Of a stretch of DNA of 64,000 bases, positions 1 to 8,540 are shown in pieces. The DNA is from a virus (lineage: Duplodnaviria > Caudoviricetes). The first letter of the stretch is position 1. Each line of letters begins with the position of its first letter. The translations under genes and the position numbers were made by a program. Under the pieces are notes generated by a model. It was not told the origin of the DNA. It worked only from the letters and a program-made list of their open reading frames with translations, and made no database searches. The DNA is taken from IMG/VR virus record IMGVR_UViG_3300011577_000001. The stretch is one strand, 5' to 3'.

Positions 1-1
1 A

Positions 2-307
2 GACCTCGATGACGGGGTAGTGGGAATCAACTTCGTACACCTGATCAAACACGAACTGTTCCCGGTGTTGCTGGAGAACATTCAACCGTCGTTGATTACG
101 TGGAACAAAACGTTCTTCAACGACTACGTGTTCGCCGGTAACAACCTGTTCACCTACTTCGCAGTGAAAGAGAACCCGCTGTTCTTGGGTCTGTTGTGCG
201 GTCTGGACGGTCAACGAAGCGAACTATCCATCATCCCGTCGATGGAGACGGTCGAACAAGCCTGCGTAACACGCATCAAGGAGATCGCTCATGTTTCATC
301 TGTTTAA
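2..307 (+). CDS. Hypothetical protein of the radical SAM operon, 5'-truncated by the window edge
   Basis: Frame is open from base 2; stop overlaps the start of the next gene (291); same codon style as the operon. Confidence 0.7.
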   Translation, partial: DLDDGVVGINFVHLIKHELFPVLLENIQPSLITWNKTFFNDYVFAGNNLFTYFAVKENPLFLGLLCGLDGQRSELSIIPSMETVEQACVTRIKEIAHVSSV

Positions 308-1346
308 CTCAGTCTACGTTGATACCGAACGTCGACTGGATCGCCGGTACGATCACATCACGATCTCCCCTACGATCGGTTACGAGTACGTCCACTTCGA
401 CAAGTATGACAAGATCGGTCAGCAACTGTGGTACTCCACCACGCTCGACCACCTGGACCCGACCACGTTTGAGTACGTGTTCAACCAAGCGTTGCTGTCG
501 GACAAGAAAACCTTCGTCTACTGCGACAACGAAACCTACCTGCGTCTGTACGGCATGTTGGTTAAAGCGGTGTTCCCAAGCGTCGATCTGGAAACCTTCC
601 GCTGGATTCTGCTCTGTAAGAAAGCCACGTTTAACACCACGCTGACCAAGTACGGTGTGACAGACAACAACGCTTTCACCGGGGTGGACATCAACACAGC
701 GGTCATCGACAAACTGTTTGCGTACAAAGACGCTAACCAGAAAGCGATGGAGAAAGTGGTTCGTGCTAATCCAGAAGCGCTGTCGCTGGAATGGCGTGTG
801 GCTCGTCTGGTAGCGACTGGCGAAGTCGGTTCACTGCCGAAGACCCTACTGAACATCCTGCGTCGCATTGCGTTGGCCAACACTCACGATGTACTCGACG
901 TTTGGGGTCGGATGATCACTGACCCGGCTAACTGGGACTACGCAGGCTGCGACATGCAAACCCTACTCGACGCCCCAACCGTGTTCCAAGGAGCGGTAGG
1001 TTTCAACTTCACCAACAACCCGGTGTTCTTGAAGCCTGGTCTGTTTGAACTCAAACCGTCGGAGTCGTGGATCTTCGGTCTGCTGGAAGAGATGATCCCA
1101 TTACTCGAACACTGCGATGAAGGCCCAACTGCTGGGCGTAGTCGTCTGGTGTTGGAACTGCTGCGTAACGGTGGTGACTGGGAAGATCCAGAGAACTGCC
1201 TGAAGAACGTCCACACGATGTTCCGGGGTCCGAAGCGTCTGGCACTACCAAACCGCGACACCGGTAAGTACGACGAAAACCTGCTCCGCTATCTGCTGGG
1301 TCGTGACCCCAGCGAACTGCACGAGTGTTTCCAAGAGAAAGATTAA
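291..1346 (+). CDS. Hypothetical protein, accessory to the radical SAM cluster (351 aa)
   Basis: AAGGAG RBS upstream; stop abuts the next ATG (TAAATG); no recognisable catalytic motif. Confidence 0.8.
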   Translation: MFHLFNSVYVDTERRLDRRYDHITISPTIGYEYVHFDKYDKIGQQLWYSTTLDHLDPTTFEYVFNQALLSDKKTFVYCDNETYLRLYGMLVKAVFPSVDLETFRWILLCKKATFNTTLTKYGVTDNNAFTGVDINTAVIDKLFAYKDANQKAMEKVVRANPEALSLEWRVARLVATGEVGSLPKTLLNILRRIALANTHDVLDVWGRMITDPANWDYAGCDMQTLLDAPTVFQGAVGFNFTNNPVFLKPGLFELKPSESWIFGLLEEMIPLLEHCDEGPTAGRSRLVLELLRNGGDWEDPENCLKNVHTMFRGPKRLALPNRDTGKYDENLLRYLLGRDPSELHECFQEKD

Positions 1347-2354
1347 ATGAACCTGATACCGCTAGTTGACATCCTCGAAGAGAAGAAAGGGAACACCAAA
1401 GAGGCACACTTGATTTTCTTTGAGAAGTGTAACTTGCGGTGTTCGTTCTGTCACCAAGACCACGATTCCGAAGTGGGACTGTCTGCGGACGAGATCCTTG
1501 AAAAGGTCAATACCCTGATCGAGGTGAGCGACCCTGAAGTCCCAATCGTGATCAACCTCACCGGTGGGGAGTTGTTCTCGGACAATATCCCTGACTGGAT
1601 GTTCGGCTACTACTTGATGGCGGGACAGTTGTTGCTCCGTCATTTTAAGCGAGCGAAGTTGGTCTGGGGGACGAACTTGGTTTACAGCGATCTCTTCCGC
1701 GTGATGCGGTTGATGACGATGCTCAAGGCTGAGGCATCCAAAGACCAGAACGTGTGTCTGGCAACGTCCTACGATCCAGCAGGGCGTTTCACTGCGGGTA
1801 ACCGGGATCTGTTTCTGCGCAGTCTCATGGTGGTTAAGCCCTACGTAGAAACAGTGAACGTGGTGATCACTCGCCAGAACATCCAACTGTTCCTGACAGG
1901 TAATGAAGGCAAAGAGTTTGAGTGGTTGTGTAGCAACTTCGACGTGTACTTTGACCACTACATTCCCTCGGAGCGGTACGAAGAGCACCAGCCTACAGAG
2001 TCGGCTATCAGTCAGCTCTATCTGACGCTCGACAAGAAGTATCCCAACTCCTACCCCATCAAAGCATGGAAGGAGAATCGGTTCAATGACACGACCTGTC
2101 GCTCCACGAAGATCATCAACAAGGATGGTGTCGTGACGACGTGTTGGTCAGAAGCCGGTAAAGATGCCATCCTCGATGAAGGGGCTGGTCTGAAGGCTAA
2201 GCACGAGGCGGAAGAACGCTTCTTAAACCACTATGGTTGTTTGGCCTGTGAGTACTATCAACGGTGTGGCTTGCGGTGTTTCTTGCACCACAGCTTCGTT
2301 GAGACGGACTCTAAGGAATGCCAAATCAAAGTGATGTTTGACCAAATCCTGTAG
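1347..2354 (+). CDS. Radical SAM enzyme with C-terminal SPASM-like Cys cluster (rSAM-1)
   Basis: CNLRCSFC (CxxxCxxC), LTGGEL motif, C-terminal CLACEYYQRCGLRC. Confidence 0.9.
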   Translation: MNLIPLVDILEEKKGNTKEAHLIFFEKCNLRCSFCHQDHDSEVGLSADEILEKVNTLIEVSDPEVPIVINLTGGELFSDNIPDWMFGYYLMAGQLLLRHFKRAKLVWGTNLVYSDLFRVMRLMTMLKAEASKDQNVCLATSYDPAGRFTAGNRDLFLRSLMVVKPYVETVNVVITRQNIQLFLTGNEGKEFEWLCSNFDVYFDHYIPSERYEEHQPTESAISQLYLTLDKKYPNSYPIKAWKENRFNDTTCRSTKIINKDGVVTTCWSEAGKDAILDEGAGLKAKHEAEERFLNHYGCLACEYYQRCGLRCFLHHSFVETDSKECQIKVMFDQIL

Positions 2355-2375
2355 CCTCGTATTAAGGACACTCCC

Positions 2376-3464
2376 GTGGATCTGATTATCAAACCAACCG
2401 TGAAGTGTAACTTCAAGTGCACCTTCTGCTCCAGTACCCACCTTTCGGAAGACCCGAAGGAGATTGTGGAACTGGAAGCGATCGAGCGGTTCATCAAACG
2501 TTTTCCAGAAACCCGTACGCTGATCATCAACGGTGGCGATCCACTGATGATGCCTCCTAGCTACTACTGGAAGATCATCGAGATCTTGGACCGACTGGGG
2601 TCTGAGGCGTGCATCTCGTTTACCACTAACCTCTGGGCGTTCTACAAGAAGCCTGAGATGTGGGTGGAGTTGTTCCGACATCCTCGTGTGGGTGTGGGGA
2701 CGTCTTTCCAGTACGGCAATGCTCGCTTGAAAGGCGACGGTACACCATTCACAGAAGAAGAGTTCTTGAAGATCTCGGACATGATGTTGGAGATGGTCGG
2801 TCATCGTCCAGACTTCATCAGCGTGATCGACGAAGAGAACGTTCACACCGTGCTCGATACCGTGCGACTGGCTAAGCGTCTGGGACTGGTGGCTAAGATC
2901 AACTATGTCAGTGCCTCTGGACCTGAAGTGGTGAACCGTGGTGTGACTATGGGTAGCTGGAACCGCATGTACACCCAAGCGGACATCTACGAGAAATACA
3001 TCGAGATCTACGATGCAGGTTTGGGTGAGTGGGAATATAACACGCAGCAAATGACCAAGCGTCTGCGCAACGGTCAGACTACGTGTCCGCTGTCCCGGAC
3101 GTGCGACAGTGGTATCCGTGCGTTGCAGCCGGGTGAGAACTACTACTCCTGTGGTAGCTTCGGGGACGACGGGGAATACCCGATCGACTTCGACCGTGAA
3201 ATGAAAGGTGAATTCTTCACACCTTTGCAGAACCAGATCGAACTGCACTCGATGAAAGAGAGTTGCAATATCTGCCCGATGTTTATCATCTGTAATGGCT
3301 GCAAGAAAACCATTGCGGACACCAAACGTCTGGGTCAGGTTGAACGTCACTGTAAGAAGATGAAGTCACTGGCACCACGCATCATTGAAATCAATGGCAT
3401 GACGGGCGTTCTCGAACCTACACCGTACGAAGACGAATCGTTGCCCCTGATCGCTAAGGGATAA
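2376..3464 (+). CDS. Radical SAM/SPASM enzyme, anSME-like architecture (rSAM-2)
   Basis: IIKPTVKCNFKCTFC, INGGDP, CPLSRTC..YSCG..CNICPMFIICNGC..HC. Confidence 0.92.
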   Translation: MDLIIKPTVKCNFKCTFCSSTHLSEDPKEIVELEAIERFIKRFPETRTLIINGGDPLMMPPSYYWKIIEILDRLGSEACISFTTNLWAFYKKPEMWVELFRHPRVGVGTSFQYGNARLKGDGTPFTEEEFLKISDMMLEMVGHRPDFISVIDEENVHTVLDTVRLAKRLGLVAKINYVSASGPEVVNRGVTMGSWNRMYTQADIYEKYIEIYDAGLGEWEYNTQQMTKRLRNGQTTCPLSRTCDSGIRALQPGENYYSCGSFGDDGEYPIDFDREMKGEFFTPLQNQIELHSMKESCNICPMFIICNGCKKTIADTKRLGQVERHCKKMKSLAPRIIEINGMTGVLEPTPYEDESLPLIAKG

Positions 3465-3469
3465 CTTGT

Positions 3470-4417
3470 ATGAAACCCCCTCTTAATCTTTCGATCAACT
3501 GCTGGTACTATTGTAACTTCAGTTGTTCGTTCTGTTACCTCACCCCGGAGCAGTTGAATGATCGACAACTCTTGCCTCTGGAGGTGTTGGAGCAGCGTGT
3601 GGACGAGGTGATGACGCAGTATCGCATCAACCACGTTGACATCTATGGAGGGGAAGTTCTACTCTTGCCACCTGAGTACCTACAAGCGGTGAAGGGGATC
3701 TTCCATGCTCGTGGGGTGGACGACATCGTGTTGGTGACAAACCTCTCGGTGGTGAATGAAGCAGCACTGGATGAAGACTTCGAACTGTCGGTGTCATATG
3801 ACGGCTTGGCACGTGAGAAGTCAGAACTGGTGTTCACCAACATGTTGATGCTTACGCGACAGTTCACAATCCTCTCGCTCTGTGGGCGGGAGTTTCTGGA
3901 CAAGGTCTCAGTCGATGACTACGTACAAACGTTGAACCTGCTGGGTCACCTGAAATGCGTGGAGATCAAACCGTACAGCTCCAACCAAGCCAACAACCAT
4001 CCCGTGACCAATCGGGAGTTCGAGGAGTTTGTGTGGGCGGTGCTGTCTCACCCGGAACGTAACTTCTACATGGAGAACGAAACCCTGATCAAACAAGCGG
4101 TCGCAGGGATTCGTAATTCATTCAGCGATGACCACATCTACATCACCCCGAGTGGGGAATTTGCGGTGCTGGAGTTCGACCAAGCTGAGCGGGAGTACTT
4201 CCTGCCGGTGGACGGATTGGCTGGCTACCAAGCATGGTGTGAAGCTGAGAAGCAACGGGTGACTACCAACCCATTCTGTGCCAGTTGTGAATTTCTAGGC
4301 ACGTGTCTATCAGAACACTTACGCGACGTGAAATCCATGGACAACTCGTGTAACGGGTTTAAGGGATTGTTGTTGCGGTGGGAGGAAGAATGTTCGTCCG
4401 GCATCGGCAACGACTAG
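3470..4417 (+). CDS. Radical SAM enzyme with C-terminal Cys cluster (rSAM-3)
   Basis: CNFSCSFCY, IYGGEV, C-terminal CASCEFLGTC..SC. Confidence 0.9.
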   Translation: MKPPLNLSINCWYYCNFSCSFCYLTPEQLNDRQLLPLEVLEQRVDEVMTQYRINHVDIYGGEVLLLPPEYLQAVKGIFHARGVDDIVLVTNLSVVNEAALDEDFELSVSYDGLAREKSELVFTNMLMLTRQFTILSLCGREFLDKVSVDDYVQTLNLLGHLKCVEIKPYSSNQANNHPVTNREFEEFVWAVLSHPERNFYMENETLIKQAVAGIRNSFSDDHIYITPSGEFAVLEFDQAEREYFLPVDGLAGYQAWCEAEKQRVTTNPFCASCEFLGTCLSEHLRDVKSMDNSCNGFKGLLLRWEEECSSGIGND

Positions 4418-5418
4418 AGATCACACTCGATCTGTTTCGAGGTTGTGGTCATCATTGTGCAGGGTGTATGATCGACAAGTCGCTGGGTGGGGACATCTCT
4501 GACATCCCTGACCTGTTGGCGTTGATTAGAGAAATGACTGCGGCAGGGTACGTGGCGTTCGACTTAGGTGTTGGACCTACGGACTACATGACATCAACCA
4601 ACACGCAAGAGGTGATGACGAACACCACTTTCCGTGAGATGGCGCAGTTGTTTCATCAGGTGACGTTTAACGCTGCGTTCTTAGACACTCGCATGGAGAA
4701 CTACGGTGCCATGTGTGTGGACATTGATGTAGCGTGTCCTGATAAACCCATTCGTTTTCTAATTCCGGCTGTACCGTCTCATTTCAAGAATGAGAAGTTC
4801 GGCTTAATGATAAAAGAGAAACTGGAGTACATCCAAGAACACTTGGTGGTGGCCCGTTTGAATGAGGCAGGGTTTGTTGTGACCTGTACTCGAGAAACTG
4901 TAGATGAACGTTTTGAAGAATACTTGGCCAACGGGTTTGAGATTGAATTCCCTGTGGACAAAGATGACATCCTCAACATCCCGTATGGTCGAGCGCCTAA
5001 CCGAGATCTCATGGTCGCGCAGAACGTGCGACGGGTGTCCCACCGGATCAGTTCCTTTTATGCGGGGCTCAGCGGTGAAGACGAAAGAAGACGTAATCCT
5101 GACTTGCATTACGACACTGGTACGATGGTCAATCTGCTATATACTGGTGGCAAGCTTTATTGGGTACCGTTCTTAAAGGACGACTGTCCGTTCCTTGACG
5201 ACGACTTCGTGATCCAGCGCCCCTGGACTATGGAGAACTTACTAACGGTCCGTAACGAGGCTCGTGAGCGCTCTATGGACTACTTAGCCGACACTGGGTG
5301 CATGGCGTGTCCACACTTGAGCAGTTGCATGGAAAAGGGCATCACCAACATCATGCAAAAGCTCTCCATCAAAGATTGTTTAGTAGGACTTGAGCATGAT
5401 TCCGACGCGCATTGCTAA
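4390..5418 (+). CDS. Divergent radical SAM-like protein (rSAM-4)
   Basis: GCGHHCAGC, GPTD in place of GGE, C-terminal CMACPHLSSC..DC; ATG at 4390 after GGAGGA. Confidence 0.8.
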   Translation: MFVRHRQRLEITLDLFRGCGHHCAGCMIDKSLGGDISDIPDLLALIREMTAAGYVAFDLGVGPTDYMTSTNTQEVMTNTTFREMAQLFHQVTFNAAFLDTRMENYGAMCVDIDVACPDKPIRFLIPAVPSHFKNEKFGLMIKEKLEYIQEHLVVARLNEAGFVVTCTRETVDERFEEYLANGFEIEFPVDKDDILNIPYGRAPNRDLMVAQNVRRVSHRISSFYAGLSGEDERRRNPDLHYDTGTMVNLLYTGGKLYWVPFLKDDCPFLDDDFVIQRPWTMENLLTVRNEARERSMDYLADTGCMACPHLSSCMEKGITNIMQKLSIKDCLVGLEHDSDAHC

Positions 5419-6436
5419 ATCACTGAACCTCACCCTGGAAGTTCTCAAAGGGTGTGGTTACAGTTGTCCCGGCTGTACGGTGGAGAAAGACTCAGCCCCG
5501 GTGAACATCTCTGACGCTGACGCGACAGCACTGGTGACGATGGCTGAAGACTTGATCGAGAATGACTTCCGCTTGCTGGAGTTTCGATTGGGTCCGACAG
5601 ACATCACCAGCTCGTCCAATTGGCGAGACGTGTTAGCCCATCCATTGATTCACGGGTTGGCTCAGCACTACCGTGCACTCAACGTGTCATTGACCATGCT
5701 CAGTGATCGAGGACTGGAAGAGTTGGCAGCCGACATAGACCCCTTGATGGCGGGAAAGAAACTCAGTGTCTCAATCCCGATGGCGTTAAAGCAAACCTCG
5801 AATCAAAAATACCTCGGGGAGTTACGTAAGCGTATTCTGTACTTTAAGAGTCTGTTTAAGGAAACCGACTTTAACCGCGTTTATGCAAACTTCAACTTGA
5901 TTGATGACAACATCACTCATTTAAACGAAGGGACGTACCAAGCAGCCCACACATTAGACTTGGGCGTCCCTGTCTTCTCGGAGTTCCCGTTTCCACACAC
6001 CCGTAAAGGGATGGGGAACCTGTTGGTACTCAACCAACTGAACCGCGACTTGTACACCTTCTCAGAGTTTCTCAAGGCCCAAGTGAACACGAAGATCTAC
6101 CGCCCGTTGATCCCGAACGTGGTGGATGGCTTTGAGTTTGTCTACCGCAGCGGTGTGTTGTATCACGCCCCAGTGGTGTCAGAGAACCTCCCGATCTTTG
6201 AGTCAGGCTTTGAACTCGCCCGACCATGGAATGCAGAGTCAGTGTTAGGGTTTCGGGAGCAGGGTTACTACGAAGACTTAGTGGCGCTAGCTGAGCATCC
6301 TGAGTGTGGTAGTTGCTGTTTCTTGGACTACTGTTCTCGTGGGTCAGTGAAGCCTTTGATGGACTTGCTAGGGCGTGCAGATTGCCTAACGGGTTTGCGT
6401 AACCGTTGGGACCTCCAACTACACCGACAGGATTAA
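5396..6436 (+). CDS. Divergent radical SAM-like protein (rSAM-5), paralog of rSAM-4
   Basis: GCGYSCPGC, GPTD, RPW motif shared with rSAM-4, C-terminal CGSCCFLDYC..DC; overlaps the upstream stop. Confidence 0.8.
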   Translation: MIPTRIAKSLNLTLEVLKGCGYSCPGCTVEKDSAPVNISDADATALVTMAEDLIENDFRLLEFRLGPTDITSSSNWRDVLAHPLIHGLAQHYRALNVSLTMLSDRGLEELAADIDPLMAGKKLSVSIPMALKQTSNQKYLGELRKRILYFKSLFKETDFNRVYANFNLIDDNITHLNEGTYQAAHTLDLGVPVFSEFPFPHTRKGMGNLLVLNQLNRDLYTFSEFLKAQVNTKIYRPLIPNVVDGFEFVYRSGVLYHAPVVSENLPIFESGFELARPWNAESVLGFREQGYYEDLVALAEHPECGSCCFLDYCSRGSVKPLMDLLGRADCLTGLRNRWDLQLHRQD

Positions 6437-6440
6437 CAAC

Positions 6441-6914
6441 GTGGATATAGTGATCATAGACGACGTCGAGTTCAGCGACGAGTTGATGGCGATCTGCATG
6501 TGTCAACAGAACAAAGCGTACGTGGATGAACCGGAGATCAGTGCTTTCATTGATGCGGTGATTCTACCCCACGTTAAGCGTCACGCCAATGCACACCCGG
6601 ACATCTATGCACAGGCGTCTCACGTACACATCAGTGACCTCGGGCTGGAACCACACACCCACGAACCGTACTCATTGGTGGCGGTGTTGTACTTCTTCGA
6701 CTCACAAGGCGAACTGGTCATTACCGATGGCTCACATCCGAACATACAGCCCCGTAGAGGCCGTTTGGTGTTGATGGGCGGGACTACATCGCATTACGTC
6801 ATTCCGTCAACTGGGCGTGAACTCAGGATGTCGCTGGTGACGAACTTCCACCACGAACAAGTGCAACCGTTTCCTGAAACCAAAGAGGTCTCGGGGAAAA
6901 TCGCGTACACCTAA
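6441..6914 (+). CDS. 2OG-Fe(II) oxygenase-like (DSBH) protein, HxH type
   Basis: PHTH..VAVLYF..G.LVL..HYV..RMS pattern. Confidence 0.7.
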   Translation: MDIVIIDDVEFSDELMAICMCQQNKAYVDEPEISAFIDAVILPHVKRHANAHPDIYAQASHVHISDLGLEPHTHEPYSLVAVLYFFDSQGELVITDGSHPNIQPRRGRLVLMGGTTSHYVIPSTGRELRMSLVTNFHHEQVQPFPETKEVSGKIAYT

Positions 6915-6924
6915 GGATACCCGT

Positions 6925-7482
6925 ATGGATTACTTGGCACCGTGGCCAACCGTGATTGGTGTCACGAACATTGCTGGTCAGATTGACTTGGACTGTTTGT
7001 CCGATGAAGTCTTTAACCTGAACCTGTTGACCAAAGGTGAAGACGCCAGTCAACAGTGGGTAACCCACGAAGCGGTTCCGTTGATCATGCAGTTGCGTGA
7101 CGAGATCATCAACCCGCTGGTGGAACAGTACTCGCTGGAGCAATGGGAATACCCGTTGTCAGGCTACCGGGTGGAAACCAACGCAAAGTGGATTCCAGAA
7201 GGTGAAGGACTGTATCCCCATCTACATCCGGGCAGTAACCTTTCGGCGATCATCTACCCGAAAGACTCACCGTCGGGTATCACGTTGTTTGACCCTCGGA
7301 TGAACGCCTCCCGTGGCTACCCCAAACCGATTCGTCGGGGCTACATGAAACCGGTCACGATCTCACCCAAAGCCGGTGACGTTCTGATCATCCCAAGCTA
7401 CATCCAACACAGTGTCTCTTATGTGAAAGAGGAAGTGCGGTTGTCACTGCTCTTTGAGTATTACTTCGCAGGAGAGGTCTGA
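6925..7482 (+). CDS. 2OG-Fe(II) oxygenase-like protein (TIGR02466/2OG-FeII_Oxy_5-like)
   Basis: PHLHPGSNLSAIIYP..FDPR..PKAGDVLIIPSYIQHSV..RLS. Confidence 0.82.
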   Translation: MDYLAPWPTVIGVTNIAGQIDLDCLSDEVFNLNLLTKGEDASQQWVTHEAVPLIMQLRDEIINPLVEQYSLEQWEYPLSGYRVETNAKWIPEGEGLYPHLHPGSNLSAIIYPKDSPSGITLFDPRMNASRGYPKPIRRGYMKPVTISPKAGDVLIIPSYIQHSVSYVKEEVRLSLLFEYYFAGEV

Positions 7483-7919
7483 TGGCAGAACCCGAATACA
7501 AACAGTACCAACGACTGTACAACCAGTTGGTCACTGAACACACGGACGACTTCAGTTTAATGGAGTACGTCGAATCTCCTGAGATTGTGCAGAACGCTTT
7601 ACACTACTTCAAAGGGCAGTTCTTCCCGTTGATCTATCCGGCGAAGTCCTACGCTGTGGCAGTGATCTACGCGTACCTTATCTTCAAAGAGTATGGGATT
7701 CCAATCCGCGACACCTTGATGGACGACGACCTGTTCTTGGGTCAGGACGAGTACTTCGTTCCTTACTACAAAGACTCGGCGTCTTACGAACAGATCTTGG
7801 CTGCGCTGGATTACATGCCGAACTGGATCACGCTTGGTTGGGCTCCGAAAACGGCAGAGTACTTCCGACTGGAGTGCACGGCGGCGGGGATCGAAGAAGT
7901 CATGAACAACCTTACCTGA
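7482..7919 (+). CDS. Hypothetical Tyr-rich protein within the radical SAM/oxygenase operon
   Basis: TGATG coupling with the upstream gene; GGAGAGG RBS. Confidence 0.8.
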   Translation: MAEPEYKQYQRLYNQLVTEHTDDFSLMEYVESPEIVQNALHYFKGQFFPLIYPAKSYAVAVIYAYLIFKEYGIPIRDTLMDDDLFLGQDEYFVPYYKDSASYEQILAALDYMPNWITLGWAPKTAEYFRLECTAAGIEEVMNNLT

Positions 7920-7929
7920 GTACCTACCC

Positions 7930-8484
7930 ATGGAACTGATTCAACCTTGGAACACGTCGATCCTCAAAGCGAACGTGACCCACTTGGTCAACGTCGAAGC
8001 CATTGCGGCTGAGATCCTGACCCTTCACAGCTTGTCTCCTCAAGAGTCTCGGACAGCGTACAAAGTGACGCCGGAAGAGTTCCCCAAACTGTGCGACTTC
8101 CGTGACCGCGTGGTAACTGGTCTGGTGAAAGAGTACCTCAAGCAAACCATGAACTTCACCCTGACCGAGTTCACCGTCGATACGTTCGGTAAGTGGTTTG
8201 TCAAAGGTTCTGACCTTGCACCCCACACCCACGGCAACAGTGGCATCACCAGTATCTTCTATCCAGAAGACTACGAGTCAGGGATGAGCATCTTTGACCC
8301 GCGCGGTAATGCTTCGCGTGGCTACCCTCGAGCGATTCGTGACGAGCACTTTGCTCCGTACCACGTCTTCCCAAAGGCGGGTGACCTATACATCTTCCCG
8401 GCGTTCTTACAACACTACGTTCCAACCGTCAAAGATGACCTGCGTCTGTCGTTGATCAACGACTTCATGTTCGTTGGGATCTAA
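7930..8484 (+). CDS. 2OG-Fe(II) oxygenase-like protein (TIGR02466-like), paralog of 6925..7482
   Basis: PHTHGNSGITSIFYP..FDPRGNASRGYP..PKAGDLYIFPAFLQHYV..RLS. Confidence 0.82.
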   Translation: MELIQPWNTSILKANVTHLVNVEAIAAEILTLHSLSPQESRTAYKVTPEEFPKLCDFRDRVVTGLVKEYLKQTMNFTLTEFTVDTFGKWFVKGSDLAPHTHGNSGITSIFYPEDYESGMSIFDPRGNASRGYPRAIRDEHFAPYHVFPKAGDLYIFPAFLQHYVPTVKDDLRLSLINDFMFVGI

Positions 8485-8486
8485 AG

Positions 8487-8513
8487 AGGAGGGCTTCGGC
8501 CCTCCTTTATGCC
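8487..8513 (+). terminator. Intrinsic terminator closing the radical SAM operon
   Basis: AGGAGGGC-TTCG-GCCCTCCT stem followed by TTATGCC. Confidence 0.8.
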
Positions 8514-8540
8514 GCCATCTTATGTAGACTTTCAACCGGT

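Noticed and set aside
1347-6436. Radical SAM genes as a 7-deazaguanine (QueE), NrdG or molybdopterin pathway
   Set aside because: No FolE/QueC/QueD/DpdA, NrdD or Moa partners are in the window, and all five carry SPASM-like Cys tails. A DNA-modification role is not fully excluded.
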